Origin: Cyanidioschyzon merolae
Taxonomy: Eukaryota
Strand: one strand, 5' to 3'
Length of the DNA: 64,000 nucleotides
Assembly (NCBI GenBank): GCA_000091205.1
Contig: AP006502.2
Part shown: piece after piece, positions 21,256 through 31,100 of the stretch
Numbering within the stretch: position 1 is the first letter of the stretch
How the letters are laid out: the number at the start of each line of letters is the position of its first letter
Translations under genes and position numbers: made by a program
The notes under the pieces: generated by a model
Seen by the model: only the letters and a program-made list of their open reading frames with translations
Database searches by the model: none
Told to the model about the DNA's origin: nothing

Positions 21256-22554
21256 CTAGCCGGAACTCTGGGTGCCAACGACAGCCTCTGTATCCGTCGA
21301 CACTGGCACTCGCTGACGCCATGCATTGGCGCCTGCGATACCCAGCAACAGCACGAGTCCAGTAAGCGGCATACGACGAAAATGTCGCATACAATCCGCG
21401 GGATCATCGAGACGAACTCGCTGTATTTGATGGAAAAGCTGCGCACCTACCAACGTGACGCCCGCATAAAACGGCCACGGCTGTTCAGAAACTACCCCAA
21501 CGAGCGTCAAGCTTGCAACCATGCCAGCAGCAAAGCCCCGTAACCAGGTCTTGGCATGCACTTCGCCAAAACGCAGCGCAGTGGAGCCTACACCCAGCCG
21601 TCTATCCGTGTACTTGTCCTGGTGTGCGTAGATGGTATCGTAGACCAGGGTCCAGCACCAGCCGGCACCGTACAACGGGAGTACAACGCGCCACGCCATG
21701 GACCCGTCCGTAGCCGCAGACCAACCCAGCAACACACCCCAGTTGAAGGTGAGTCCAAGGACAGCCTGAGGCCACATGGTGACCCGCTTCGCCAGCGGAT
21801 ACAACGTCGCCGGCACCAACGCTGTGACACCCGTCAGAAACGTTGTCGAGTGGAGTAGGTCGCGGATCTGGTGCACCCCGAAGCGTTGAGCCCGCTGCTG
21901 AGCTGGCGTCGATATCCAGAGCAGGATCGGAAACCCCGCAAGCGTCTGTGCAGCCGCGAAACCGAGTCCCTGGCCTAGGTGAAGGCGTCCAGAAGCGAGC
22001 GGTCGTTGGCGAGTTCGGATAGTCTGCTTGTCGATGTCCCGGTCCCACAAGTCGTTTATGGTACAGCCGGCACCCCGTAGTAGGAATGCACCAGCCAAAA
22101 ACGCGCCTTGTAGACGGAGACTGCCCACAGGCGAAGTAGTCGGCTGTACTGGCGGCTCGGTGCCGTGGCCTGCGCTCGTTGTCGACTCGAGTCCAGCGGC
22201 CAGTGCGATGCTCCAGGCTCCTGGCAAGTAGAGCAGCCAGACACCAGTTGGTTTGTCCCAGCGGGCAAGCTGCGCGTAGGGCGCAACCCGTTGCACCAGT
22301 CTTGTCCAGAGTGACGGAGCAACCTGAACCATGACGCCAGCCGGACCGCGGCTACGCTCGTAGGGTAGACGACGAGTCGTCAGCAGAACGCCAGCGTCCG
22401 AGAGGTCGCGCACGTTTCCCCAAGGCTGACGACGTCCAACAACAACAACAACAACAACAAAAACAACAGCAGTGCCTATGGGTGTCGTTTCCCATGGTCT
22501 CGTGTGGAAGCACAGACGATGTTGCCGGAACCTGGCTGACTTCCAGTGAGGCAC
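21256..22554 (-). CDS. COQ2: 4-hydroxybenzoate polyprenyltransferase, mitochondrial (ubiquinone biosynthesis; UbiA superfamily)
   Basis: 432-aa ORF. UbiA motifs NDLWDRDIDKQTIRTRQRPLASGRL and WLLYLPGAWSIALAA are present, with multiple predicted TM helices. The N-terminal roughly 75 aa are Arg-rich and include a poly-Val run encoded by (GTT)n, consistent with a presequence. An internal Met (MVQVAPS...) is an alternative start. Confidence 0.85.
   Translation of the reverse strand: MPHWKSARFRQHRLCFHTRPWETTPIGTAVVFVVVVVVVGRRQPWGNVRDLSDAGVLLTTRRLPYERSRGPAGVMVQVAPSLWTRLVQRVAPYAQLARWDKPTGVWLLYLPGAWSIALAAGLESTTSAGHGTEPPVQPTTSPVGSLRLQGAFLAGAFLLRGAGCTINDLWDRDIDKQTIRTRQRPLASGRLHLGQGLGFAAAQTLAGFPILLWISTPAQQRAQRFGVHQIRDLLHSTTFLTGVTALVPATLYPLAKRVTMWPQAVLGLTFNWGVLLGWSAATDGSMAWRVVLPLYGAGWCWTLVYDTIYAHQDKYTDRRLGVGSTALRFGEVHAKTWLRGFAAGMVASLTLVGVVSEQPWPFYAGVTLVGAQLFHQIQRVRLDDPADCMRHFRRMPLTGLVLLLGIAGANAWRQRVPVSTDTEAVVGTQSSG
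22438..22469. repeat. (CAA)8 / (GTT)8 microsatellite inside the COQ2 N-terminal region
   Basis: The run caacaacaacaacaacaacaacaaaaacaacag is visible. On the minus strand it encodes VVFVVVVVVVV. Confidence 0.9.
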
Positions 22555-22693
22555 TTATCGTTGCGGGAGAAAGCGTCCGAATAGCGAGAACGTTGACCCG
22601 GTACTCGAGTCGTCAACGACACCCTTGACGGAGCACAGCGCTTTTTGCGGTATATGAGCGCAACTTGCGCGACGCTCGCGAGCCAGCCGCGCC

Positions 22694-25093
22694 CTACGGG
22701 TCATCACACGAGAGACTAGCGTGCTCCACGAGCCAGGTTTCGCAAGCGAGGGCAACCTCTGCTGCAGTTGGTCGCTCCTGTACACTCGGCTGCACACAGC
22801 GCCGTATCCAGTCGATAAGAAACGACAGCACCAGGTTCGCATCGGTCGAGGTCTCCCCAGGCGCTGCAGTGAGTGCGTCCAGGCGGTCAAGTCTGCCTGC
22901 ACGCAGTGCCTGCCACTCGTCTCCCTTTGTTGGTAACGGCTGCTCGGTAAGCAGCTCGTATATTGAGATGCCAAGTGCAAAGACGTCGACGGGGACGAGC
23001 GAGCCTAGCGGCGCCTCGCTCAGAACACTTTGACAGAGATAGCGTGAATCGCCTTCGCTACCGGTAAAGTCCGCGCCATCTAGACGACATGCAAGCCCAA
23101 AGTCCGCGAGCTTGAATACTTCCTGTTTCGTGGGCTGCTTCCGGAGCTGGAGTTGCTGATGCGGCTTCCGTACGCTGCCGATGAGCATGTTCTCTGGCTT
23201 GACGTCCATATGGGCAATGCCGTGCGCATGGCAGTGTGCCAGCGCAGCGGCTACATGCCCCAGCAGACGGACGAGTCGCAAATAATGCGGTAGCTTGGAT
23301 GCTGTGGTGAGACGCGTTCTGCCGGACAGCTGCATGCTGCCACCAGCACAGTACTCGAGCTGCAAGTAGAGACGCGTATCGTGCTCCTCGAACCAGGCCG
23401 TGTGATAGCGAACGATATTCTCATGGGCACCAACGGCAGCCAAGGCGTGTACTTCGCGCAACGCGTCGAGGCGATCGGTGCGACTCAACAGCGGTCTGGT
23501 GGTGCGTTTCACGGCGTACAGGCATCCGTCTGTACGATGGCGTGCCAACAGTACCTGGCCTTTGACACCGGACCCGAGGATCTGTACTTCCTCGAACTGT
23601 TGAAGGAAACGCGAAGGCGAAGAGGCTACCTCTGGGAGAAGCTGATTCGGGCGCAGCTGCGCGGACGACATCTCCGCTTTCGATGGCGTCTCGGGTTCAT
23701 CCGTACAAACCAGAAACGGATTGATAATGGGCGCACTCGTTGGCTGTGCTTCGCGATGACGCCCATTTTCTGTGCACTGGATCACATCACCCATGGCAAG
23801 AAAGGAATCCCTGAGCTCAGCAGCAGTAGCAGTAGCAGGTGCACGCCTTGATCCCCACAGGCTGCGGTGGATGCGCTCCGCCGCTAGTCCGTTTCCTGGA
23901 CCTGCTTCCGTCTGCGACTGGGTGCGCGCATCCGTATTCGCCCAGAGCGGGTTCTCAGTCGGACGTCGGGCTGATCGCGCCGGCACCTGGGATGTAATCA
24001 TCATCGCGTGATCGCGAACAAGTGTTGGGATTCCTGCTGTCACGGGACGTAGCTCGCTGAGCGACCCACCTGGTGCGCTATTGCCGTTCGCTACGGCCTC
24101 ATCGTCGCCAGCCTGGCTAAAGGTAATTCTTCCGACCACATCGGTCGATGTTCGTGCTGCCTGAACTGCCCTGCGACGTGCCAGTAGCATCCCGAGTGTA
24201 TCCTGAGACAAGACGGACGTCTGTGTATGCATCTGGGATGAGAAGGTGCTGCTCTCGGGAGCGTCCATATCAGCGGTGGCTACGGCTTGCGTTTGGTACT
24301 CGTGTCGCTGACTCTGTAGAGGCGGTCTTGGTGCAGAGAAATTGCTCTCTCGAGCTGGACACCAACGGCCGTTTGCACTGCCGTTTAATAGGTGCAGCCG
24401 TTTGAGCGCAGGCGATGGCGATGGTGGAGGTTGGCTCGCGCCCGCGCCCTGCTCCGGCGCGAGTGTACTCGACGCGTTCGAGTCCTCGTCTGCTGCTGAC
24501 GCCGCCTGCGAGTTCATCCAATTCGCATTGACCGCTGTTGCAATCGTGAACGTTGGTGTGCGATATATTCCAGCATCTAGTCCCATGGCTGCGTCCCGGG
24601 AGGCGCCCTCGCCGAGGAATGGAGTCGCCACAAACTCGGCACTGTTGACCGGGGTTTCGATGTCGGCAGCCTCGGGCGTGAGTCGCCGTGCCCCATGCGG
24701 TGTCGTGCCCCAGCTTATCAAGTCCAATCGAGGGAGCTCAAGTTTCGGTGTACTGACCACGAGTCCGGCTTTACGCTCGAGAACTTCTGGAATCGTGCGC
24801 TGGCGGCTGGGTCCGGCGCTCTCGGTCGTCGACCCCAAGGCTCCGAGGCGTGGTCGCTCCTCAGTCCGAGACAAGCGTCGTTTGCGTCCAACAGACGCTT
24901 CCGCAATGCTGTCCGTGTCCAATTGTTGACCAGGCGCCGCACTGGAGGTCACCAGCGCTGCTGGAAGGCGGGGCGTACCCAACCGGGAGGCACGTCGCAT
25001 CTTGAGCACTGCCGTAGGCGGCGGGCCCTGCTGGGCCTGCGTCTTCGACCTCACACCGACTCTACCCATATGAAGTGCAGGCCTCACCGTCAA
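22694..25093 (-). CDS. WEE1: Wee1-like protein kinase (Wee1/Myt1 family)
   Basis: 799-aa ORF. The C-terminal kinase domain is collinear with Wee1: FEEVQILGSGVKGQVLLARHRTDGCLYAVKRT (Wee1: FxExxxIGxGxFGxVFKxxxRxDGCxYAIKRS). The ATP-lysine comes before the glycine loop, which is Wee1-specific. It also has LREVHALAAVGAHENIVRY, HMDVKPENMLI, LADFG, and EGDSRYLCQSVLSE (Wee1: EGDSRFLANEVLQE). The N-terminal roughly 450 aa are a low-complexity regulatory region. Confidence 0.85.
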   Translation of the reverse strand: MTVRPALHMGRVGVRSKTQAQQGPPPTAVLKMRRASRLGTPRLPAALVTSSAAPGQQLDTDSIAEASVGRKRRLSRTEERPRLGALGSTTESAGPSRQRTIPEVLERKAGLVVSTPKLELPRLDLISWGTTPHGARRLTPEAADIETPVNSAEFVATPFLGEGASRDAAMGLDAGIYRTPTFTIATAVNANWMNSQAASAADEDSNASSTLAPEQGAGASQPPPSPSPALKRLHLLNGSANGRWCPARESNFSAPRPPLQSQRHEYQTQAVATADMDAPESSTFSSQMHTQTSVLSQDTLGMLLARRRAVQAARTSTDVVGRITFSQAGDDEAVANGNSAPGGSLSELRPVTAGIPTLVRDHAMMITSQVPARSARRPTENPLWANTDARTQSQTEAGPGNGLAAERIHRSLWGSRRAPATATAAELRDSFLAMGDVIQCTENGRHREAQPTSAPIINPFLVCTDEPETPSKAEMSSAQLRPNQLLPEVASSPSRFLQQFEEVQILGSGVKGQVLLARHRTDGCLYAVKRTTRPLLSRTDRLDALREVHALAAVGAHENIVRYHTAWFEEHDTRLYLQLEYCAGGSMQLSGRTRLTTASKLPHYLRLVRLLGHVAAALAHCHAHGIAHMDVKPENMLIGSVRKPHQQLQLRKQPTKQEVFKLADFGLACRLDGADFTGSEGDSRYLCQSVLSEAPLGSLVPVDVFALGISIYELLTEQPLPTKGDEWQALRAGRLDRLDALTAAPGETSTDANLVLSFLIDWIRRCVQPSVQERPTAAEVALACETWLVEHASLSCDDP

Positions 25094-25897
25094 CAGACTC
25101 GTTCAGGGACAGAATATGCGCCTTTCAAGTGCGTTCCGCGAAGAGGTAGACGCTGCTCGGCAAGCAAGCGCCAGAGCAGCGCTCAGAGAAAGCAGGCACA
25201 GCGCCGCACACGCCGTCCGGTCATTGGATTTTCGCGCGCGCCTCCAGACACGCGCAGGCGGCGATACGAAAAGCGCTGGCGGAGCGCGTCATGAGCCTAT
25301 GGATCGTTTTTTTGGATAAAGCAGGTAGGTACAGGTATCCTGGAGCATACTTACTCGTACAAGTCTAGGCCCGTTGTTATCAGAGCAAGATTTTGCTGGT
25401 TGTATCTGCAACTGCTCTCTGTTTCTCGCTTTTGGATCAGGTTTTACATACGATCGTCGCTTTGTTCTCTCGAGCTCTCGTATGAGCAGTGGGGGCATGG
25501 TGGTGGTGGCAGCAGCAGCAGCGCAAGTCCCGCTTCCGCTGCCTCCGGACGCTGGTTATGCGTTTGATATAGAGACCAAAGTCGCGATCGATGCTTCATT
25601 TGCAGCGTTCATCTGCATTGCTCGCAGTCTGGGTACGCCATTCGGTGCGGTGAGGCTTGCCAGCGATCCAGTACGCTGGTATGTCCATCACAGCTTTTGC
25701 ACTGGGGGCTGGCGCGCCTCTGCGGCGTGAACGCTTGCTTCATCGCTCGATATATGCAATTGATGTGTATAGGAGGTGGCGTCATATACAAGCTGCCTCC
25801 TTTCGGCACCTTGTGCCGTACGCTCTGATGACCAGCGTCTTCTAGGTGACGTCACCGACGAGTTCTCTGGATGTTGGGCGTGCAAGTGCACGCCCTA

Positions 25898-26707
25898 TTC
25901 GCTTCGATAGCGTCTGTGTGGAACACGGTATTGTACATAGCGAGCCAAGTACTGGCAGGAAGGTAGGTGAATCTACAGTGGAGATCAAGTCGAGAAATGC
26001 CGATGTGTCCATACCCATTTGGTGCAAAGCTGAGACGCACACCACCCTGGATGTGATCGCTGCTGTGACTCGAGCGCAAGTCCGTATCCCCTGTCTGTGC
26101 AGACGGAAGCTTCTCGGAGCTTCTGGGAGCGTCTAGGAGCGTCTAGGAGCGTACCACGTTAGCGGTATCGTGGTGGTGCTGTCGGATATCGTGACGTCGA
26201 TGGCCACCAAGAGCGGAGCATTTGCCTTTCGAGCGGAGTCGATTTTTTCCACGACAAGTTGAGTGAGCGCTCAGCAGCATACGCGTATGAAAGAACGCCC
26301 CGTCGAGCAACAATATCGAGTGTGTTTCGTCGCTCGTCTAGGAGCACGAATCGCTGCGCCCCCTAGTTGCGTTGAAACACCCGGGCTCAACATTTGAGCC
26401 GTGCATGCCCTGAGCATGCTACGCGTACCGAAAAGAGACGCGTGGACGCTTGTACGTATGCACTGGCTACTGGTGTTGGTTCCCGTACGAGTGCTTGCCC
26501 GATGACGCTGCACATGATGGTGATTTCGGTCACATAACAACGTCCCGTTGCAGATAGCTCCAGTAGCCACGCCAAAGCACCGACCCGGACTGCCGACACC
26601 ACCCCTGCACCCATCATTGCTGGTTGCTGCTCTCGGAATCCCAATGCTTTACATCTAAACGATTCAGAAAGCATCCAAACTCGGGATAAGCGCACATCAT
26701 TCAATAT
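25898..26707. repeat. Dispersed repeat, copy B (about 810 bp), same orientation as copy A
   Basis: See copy A. It is more than 99% identical to 20402..21230, and the decamer minisatellite has 3 units here versus 5 in copy A. It sits upstream of the WEE1 start. Similarity ends abruptly at both borders. Confidence 0.9.
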
Positions 26708-26887
26708 GCTGTACGCATTGGACTCGAGGGTTCAGTGCACTGCGCCTGACGCGCGCGTTACGCACAAACGCCAGCATGGATTCGATTCGGAATCCACCGC
26801 TCATCTACCTATGAAACTGCGCATCTTTCAAAGCATGTAAATCCACTTGCTGACACGGAACGAGATCAAGAGCTTCACGGGTAAGTA

Positions 26888-27508
26888 ATGGCTTGTTCGG
26901 CCTATACCCGCGCTTTAACCTATGTTGCTGGTGCCGCTGCTCAGCGTCCCTGGCGGGCTGCGCGCACGCACCGCGGCTCGTGGCGAACGCGTCGACAGCC
27001 GCGAGCGCACCCTCGTACATCGACCTGCTTCGCACAGCGAACTCGGTACAGGAGCGTTCGTCTGCAGGCCCCGTCTCCCGAAAATAACAAGAGCAACCGC
27101 GCGAACTCGCGACCTTCGACGAACCAAAAAGCGTCGTTGACGCCCAGCTTCCTGAGAGACGTCACTGATAGCAGCTTCTTCGCGGATGTGCCGTACCGGG
27201 AGTTCCAACAGATAGGACGGCTCTACCGCACGGTGGACGAATTTCTTGGCCGAAAGGAGAATCTCTTATTCTGGGGCTCGTGTGCGCTGCTGTTCGGAGC
27301 GTTTTCGGCTACGTCGATCTCAACGATCGTCGGTGCACTCGCCGAATGGGATCCCATAGCTGGCGCCGTCATCGTCTTTATCATGGAATGGATTGCTACA
27401 CAGTACTATCGCCGTCCTCGACCAAGCAATATCATTCGAATTTTGAATGCATACCAGGTCGGTCTGACTTTTGGGTTTATATTAGATGCGCTCAAGCTCG
27501 CTGGCTAG
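26888..27508 (+). CDS. Ycf20/DUF565-like small membrane protein with an N-terminal transit-peptide-like extension (plastid-type protein family)
   Basis: 206-aa ORF. The C-terminal roughly 90 aa are LLFWGSCALLFGAFSATSISTIVGALAEWDPIAGAVIVFIMEWIATQYYRRPRPSNIIRILNAYQVGLTFGFILDALKLAG. This fits the Ycf20 pattern as I recall it: two TM helices, a conserved WD, then a C-terminal ...LN.FK.GL..G.FIDAFKLGS. The N-terminal roughly 100 aa are rich in R/S/T/A and lack acidic residues, as in a plastid transit peptide. The family assignment is from memory, not from a search. Confidence 0.6.
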   Translation: MACSAYTRALTYVAGAAAQRPWRAARTHRGSWRTRRQPRAHPRTSTCFAQRTRYRSVRLQAPSPENNKSNRANSRPSTNQKASLTPSFLRDVTDSSFFADVPYREFQQIGRLYRTVDEFLGRKENLLFWGSCALLFGAFSATSISTIVGALAEWDPIAGAVIVFIMEWIATQYYRRPRPSNIIRILNAYQVGLTFGFILDALKLAG

Positions 27509-28100
27509 CTGTTCTTCTCGGAACGATGCTTCGTCTCGTGGCGCAGTTGACGCTCTCGTGGCGGAGCCCGGCACCTCGATACGCATCAAATGCCGATCAT
27601 TCATGTCGCGTATAGCAGCGTCCAAGCATGTGCAGCATTCAATCAGAGTACGTGTGGAAGCGCATGGGTGTAGGCCCGTTCGATGGACCGAGTCGAAAAC
27701 GACAACGCGGAGATAAGGTACAGGCATAGAGCGCCCAGGCGCTGCCGCGTTACCAGACATGTGTTGCCCCATGTGGAACAAGGAGCGGCAAAGGCGCTGT
27801 ATGCGCTCGATAACTACCGCGGGGAACACATTGATTCGTTGGCCAGGAGCGAGGCACAGGTACGAGTGCCGTGGCGATGCACCCAGGTATCCTGCTTTAG
27901 ACAGCCGCGGCCGCTGCGATTACGATGGATAGCATGTCTTGGGGGTTCAAAACCAGCGCGCCTTTTACCGTGTAGTCATCTCAGACTGCATCCCTGGTTT
28001 TCTGGATATGCCTTCATTCAGCAAAGATCCCAGAGCATCCTGGCAGAAAGGCGTGCGACAGCGACTGCTTTACGCGCGCAACTTTCGATTGCCGCCACGC

Positions 28101-31100
28101 TCAGCGAGAGTCGAAAGCACCTTGCGCGGCCGCTGTGGGCTTCAACCCTGACGCCGGTGCATAGACGCTGTCAAGCATCTGCGACAGCGGCTTGCGAAGC
28201 ATCTCGTATGCATAGAACGATACGGCCACGGTAGGCCATGCTTTGAGAATATTCGGAACGAGGCCGCGATAGAGGCCACGAATACCCTCCTCCTTGAGCA
28301 CGGTTCGAAACACCTGCCGAAAGCGTCCGCCGCTGCCCTCATCTACCTGCATGCGAACACGGCACGTATCGAACGGGTAGGCAGCCATCTGGCCCAGCGT
28401 CGAGGCGATGAATCCCGACAGAATCAGGCCGCCAGCAGTCGGACGCCCGCTGCCGTCGTTGCGGCGGGGCATAATCGGACGCAGCGTCTCATAAACTGCA
28501 AAGTTAATTCCCACGTAGGGAAAGACACCAAGGGTGCTTGACAGGAGACCTCGGTACAGGCCAGGCACGCCTTGTTGCTTGCGCACTTCTCGCAGGCATT
28601 GCAGTACGCCATGGTAGCGCTCGGCAATGCCCCGATGCTGAACGGTTAAACGAGCTCGCGCCGTGTCCAGTGGATACGTTATCGTTGCTGCAACGATACC
28701 ACCGAGGCCAGCAATCACGACCGTGTCCCAGGCGGCAAAGCCAAGGGATCGTCGTGCATTCTCCGGGCGGTGTGCTTCGATATACTCCTTCGCTAGGGCA
28801 ATCGTTGCACTCTGGATGATCGTCGCCGGGAGAATTCGGAGAGCATTGGCCCCGTTGCCTCGATACATGCCCAGGATACCGTCTTGAGCAATCATGTTTC
28901 GAAATCCTCGCCATACGCTTGAATAAATGCGTTTCGATCGCGGATTCGGAGCTATGCGCTCATCCTTCAACAGCTCCGGCCGTACCTTGACCACGATACT
29001 TTCGGTTTGCATGAGCACTTTCAGACGATCGAGTGGTGCAACCAGGGTTCTCGCCAGTACACCAGCAACGGCAACACCGGCCACATGACCAATCAGGACG
29101 CCGCGGTGTGTGGGCGCTATTCCAGAAAACTGTGGCGTTCCGGCGAGCAGCGAGCTCGTCGAAAGCAGGATCTCGTCGTCGAGGGCGTTCGACGACGGCG
29201 CACGCGCAGCCTGCTGTTGCATATGTGCTTTCAGGCGATGAATATCGGCTAGGAACTTTGCTGGAAGCTTTCCCTCGCTTGCTGCGGTAAAGTCCCGAAA
29301 GTTCAGCTTTCGATCACCGCGCTTTCCAAAGAGTTGACGCAGCAGCGGTGATCCATCCTCAACCATGGCTTCAATCTCGCGATCGCCATTGGCGTACTCC
29401 AGGAACATCTCCTGGAACTCTTGCATGCCGACTTGTCCGGTGTTATCGCGATCGCATAACCGGAATATGAGCTGGCTTTCGGCATCTGGCTGATTCAGTA
29501 GTAGATCGAATCGGACGAATTCCCAAAAGTCGATCAGCGGTGCGCTTTGTTGCGAGGTCTTCCGCTGTGGCGCCGTCAGTGAGCCGCTGTTGTTGTTGCT
29601 CACCAGACGCAGCAGCAGATTGGATAGCCGACGGTAGTCCTCTGGTGATTCCTTAAAGGCATCCGCTCGCGCGAATCGCAGAAAGTCTTCGGGGGTCATA
29701 AAGTACTCATAGGGGTCGCCATCATCCGTACGCTGTGATTTTTCGCGCTTCACAGACGCGTATTCTTTGAAGATGCGCTCTAGATAGCAGGCTCCGCCTC
29801 CTAAATGAAGTCGATGGAAGGATTCGGCGCTGATGGCCCAGAGCTCTACGTCAGTGCGTGCGCGTACGGTCGCTCCACGTGGTGCATTGTACATGAGCGA
29901 GAGTTCACCGAAACTGTCGCCAGGTTGGAGCGTACCAGCAAGTTTCGGCTGGTGTCCTGGTTTGGAGATCCAACGTTCCAGCACGCCGCTTTTCACGATA
30001 TAGAAGTTATCACCCTTTTCTCCTTGTTCGAAGACGGTCTCACCGGGTCTGAAATTCACCGTGAAGAAACTCTCGAGTTCCTTCGGGCCAATACGATCGA
30101 GTCGCGAGAAGAGGAAATGCTTCTTCAATAGGGCGCGGAGCTGGCGACTCTCCGCGGCATTCTCGATGACGGATGTTTCGCCAAAGTCCAAGGCGAAACG
30201 TTCGAACGTGGCGCGATCGAGTCTCCAGAGCAAGGAGCGCTCGCGGGCTCGGATTGTGCTCGAACGCCCGGCTGCGTTGAAGAAAAGCGCAGTAAGGCCA
30301 AACGAGTTGCGCGGACCCAGTGTAGATACTTGAATGGGCTCCTGGCCGTCCTTGGCGATATAGCGATCAAGTGATCCGCTTTCGACCACGTAGAAGGCAT
30401 CGCCATAGTCTCCCTGGTGGAAGACGTAGTCTCCGGCTTCGACGATGACTGGCCGGAAGCTCTTCACGAGGTGATTGCGCGTGTACTCATCAGGCAAGGC
30501 AGCGAATATCGGGGTCCTTTTGAGGGCGTCACGGATCAGTTCACGCGATTCTCCTCGGGGATATGCGGGTTGACCGCTTGCATCCGACACGGGGCTTGCT
30601 CCTGCGGCATTCGCGTCGGTTCCGGGTACAGCCTCGTCTGCGGGATTGGTGCCAGTGGCCTCGGTTGTAGTCCTGTCTTGATTGGAGTCGGAGCCCAGCA
30701 AGCTGGCAAACCACCCTTGTTTCTGTGTTGGCAGTCGCCGAATGAATTCCTCATTCCCGAGACGAGCATTTTTCAAAAGGTGTACTCCCGGTGGGTTCGC
30801 CTGCTCTGTACTGAAATCTTTTGGTACGTAGCTATCCGCCGGCGGAAAGGAGCTCAACAGTCCTAGCCGCTGATACGCCGCCGCCACCAGTTCCGAGCAA
30901 AATACACGACTGAGATCGTTCGAGCCTTCGAAGAAGCCGCCTTTCGTAGCGGCAAGCTCGCGACGGAGAACCTCTTCAATCTTCTCCTCCGATTGCAGGA
31001 GAATGCGACGTTGCTCGAGAAGCGAGTTGCGCTGGAATGCAGTGAGTGCAGCTTCGCGCAGCTCGCGCTCTACTTCCATGCGCTGCGCACGACGACTCAC

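Noticed and set aside
20402-26707. Interpretation of the two 0.8-kb direct repeats as LTRs of an intact LTR retrotransposon
   Set aside because: The 4.7 kb between them encodes two conserved host genes (COQ2, Wee1-like kinase), with nothing gag/pol/integrase-like. The repeat termini are not TG...CA. A solo-LTR or other dispersed-repeat origin remains possible, which is why it is kept as a finding rather than called a mobile element.
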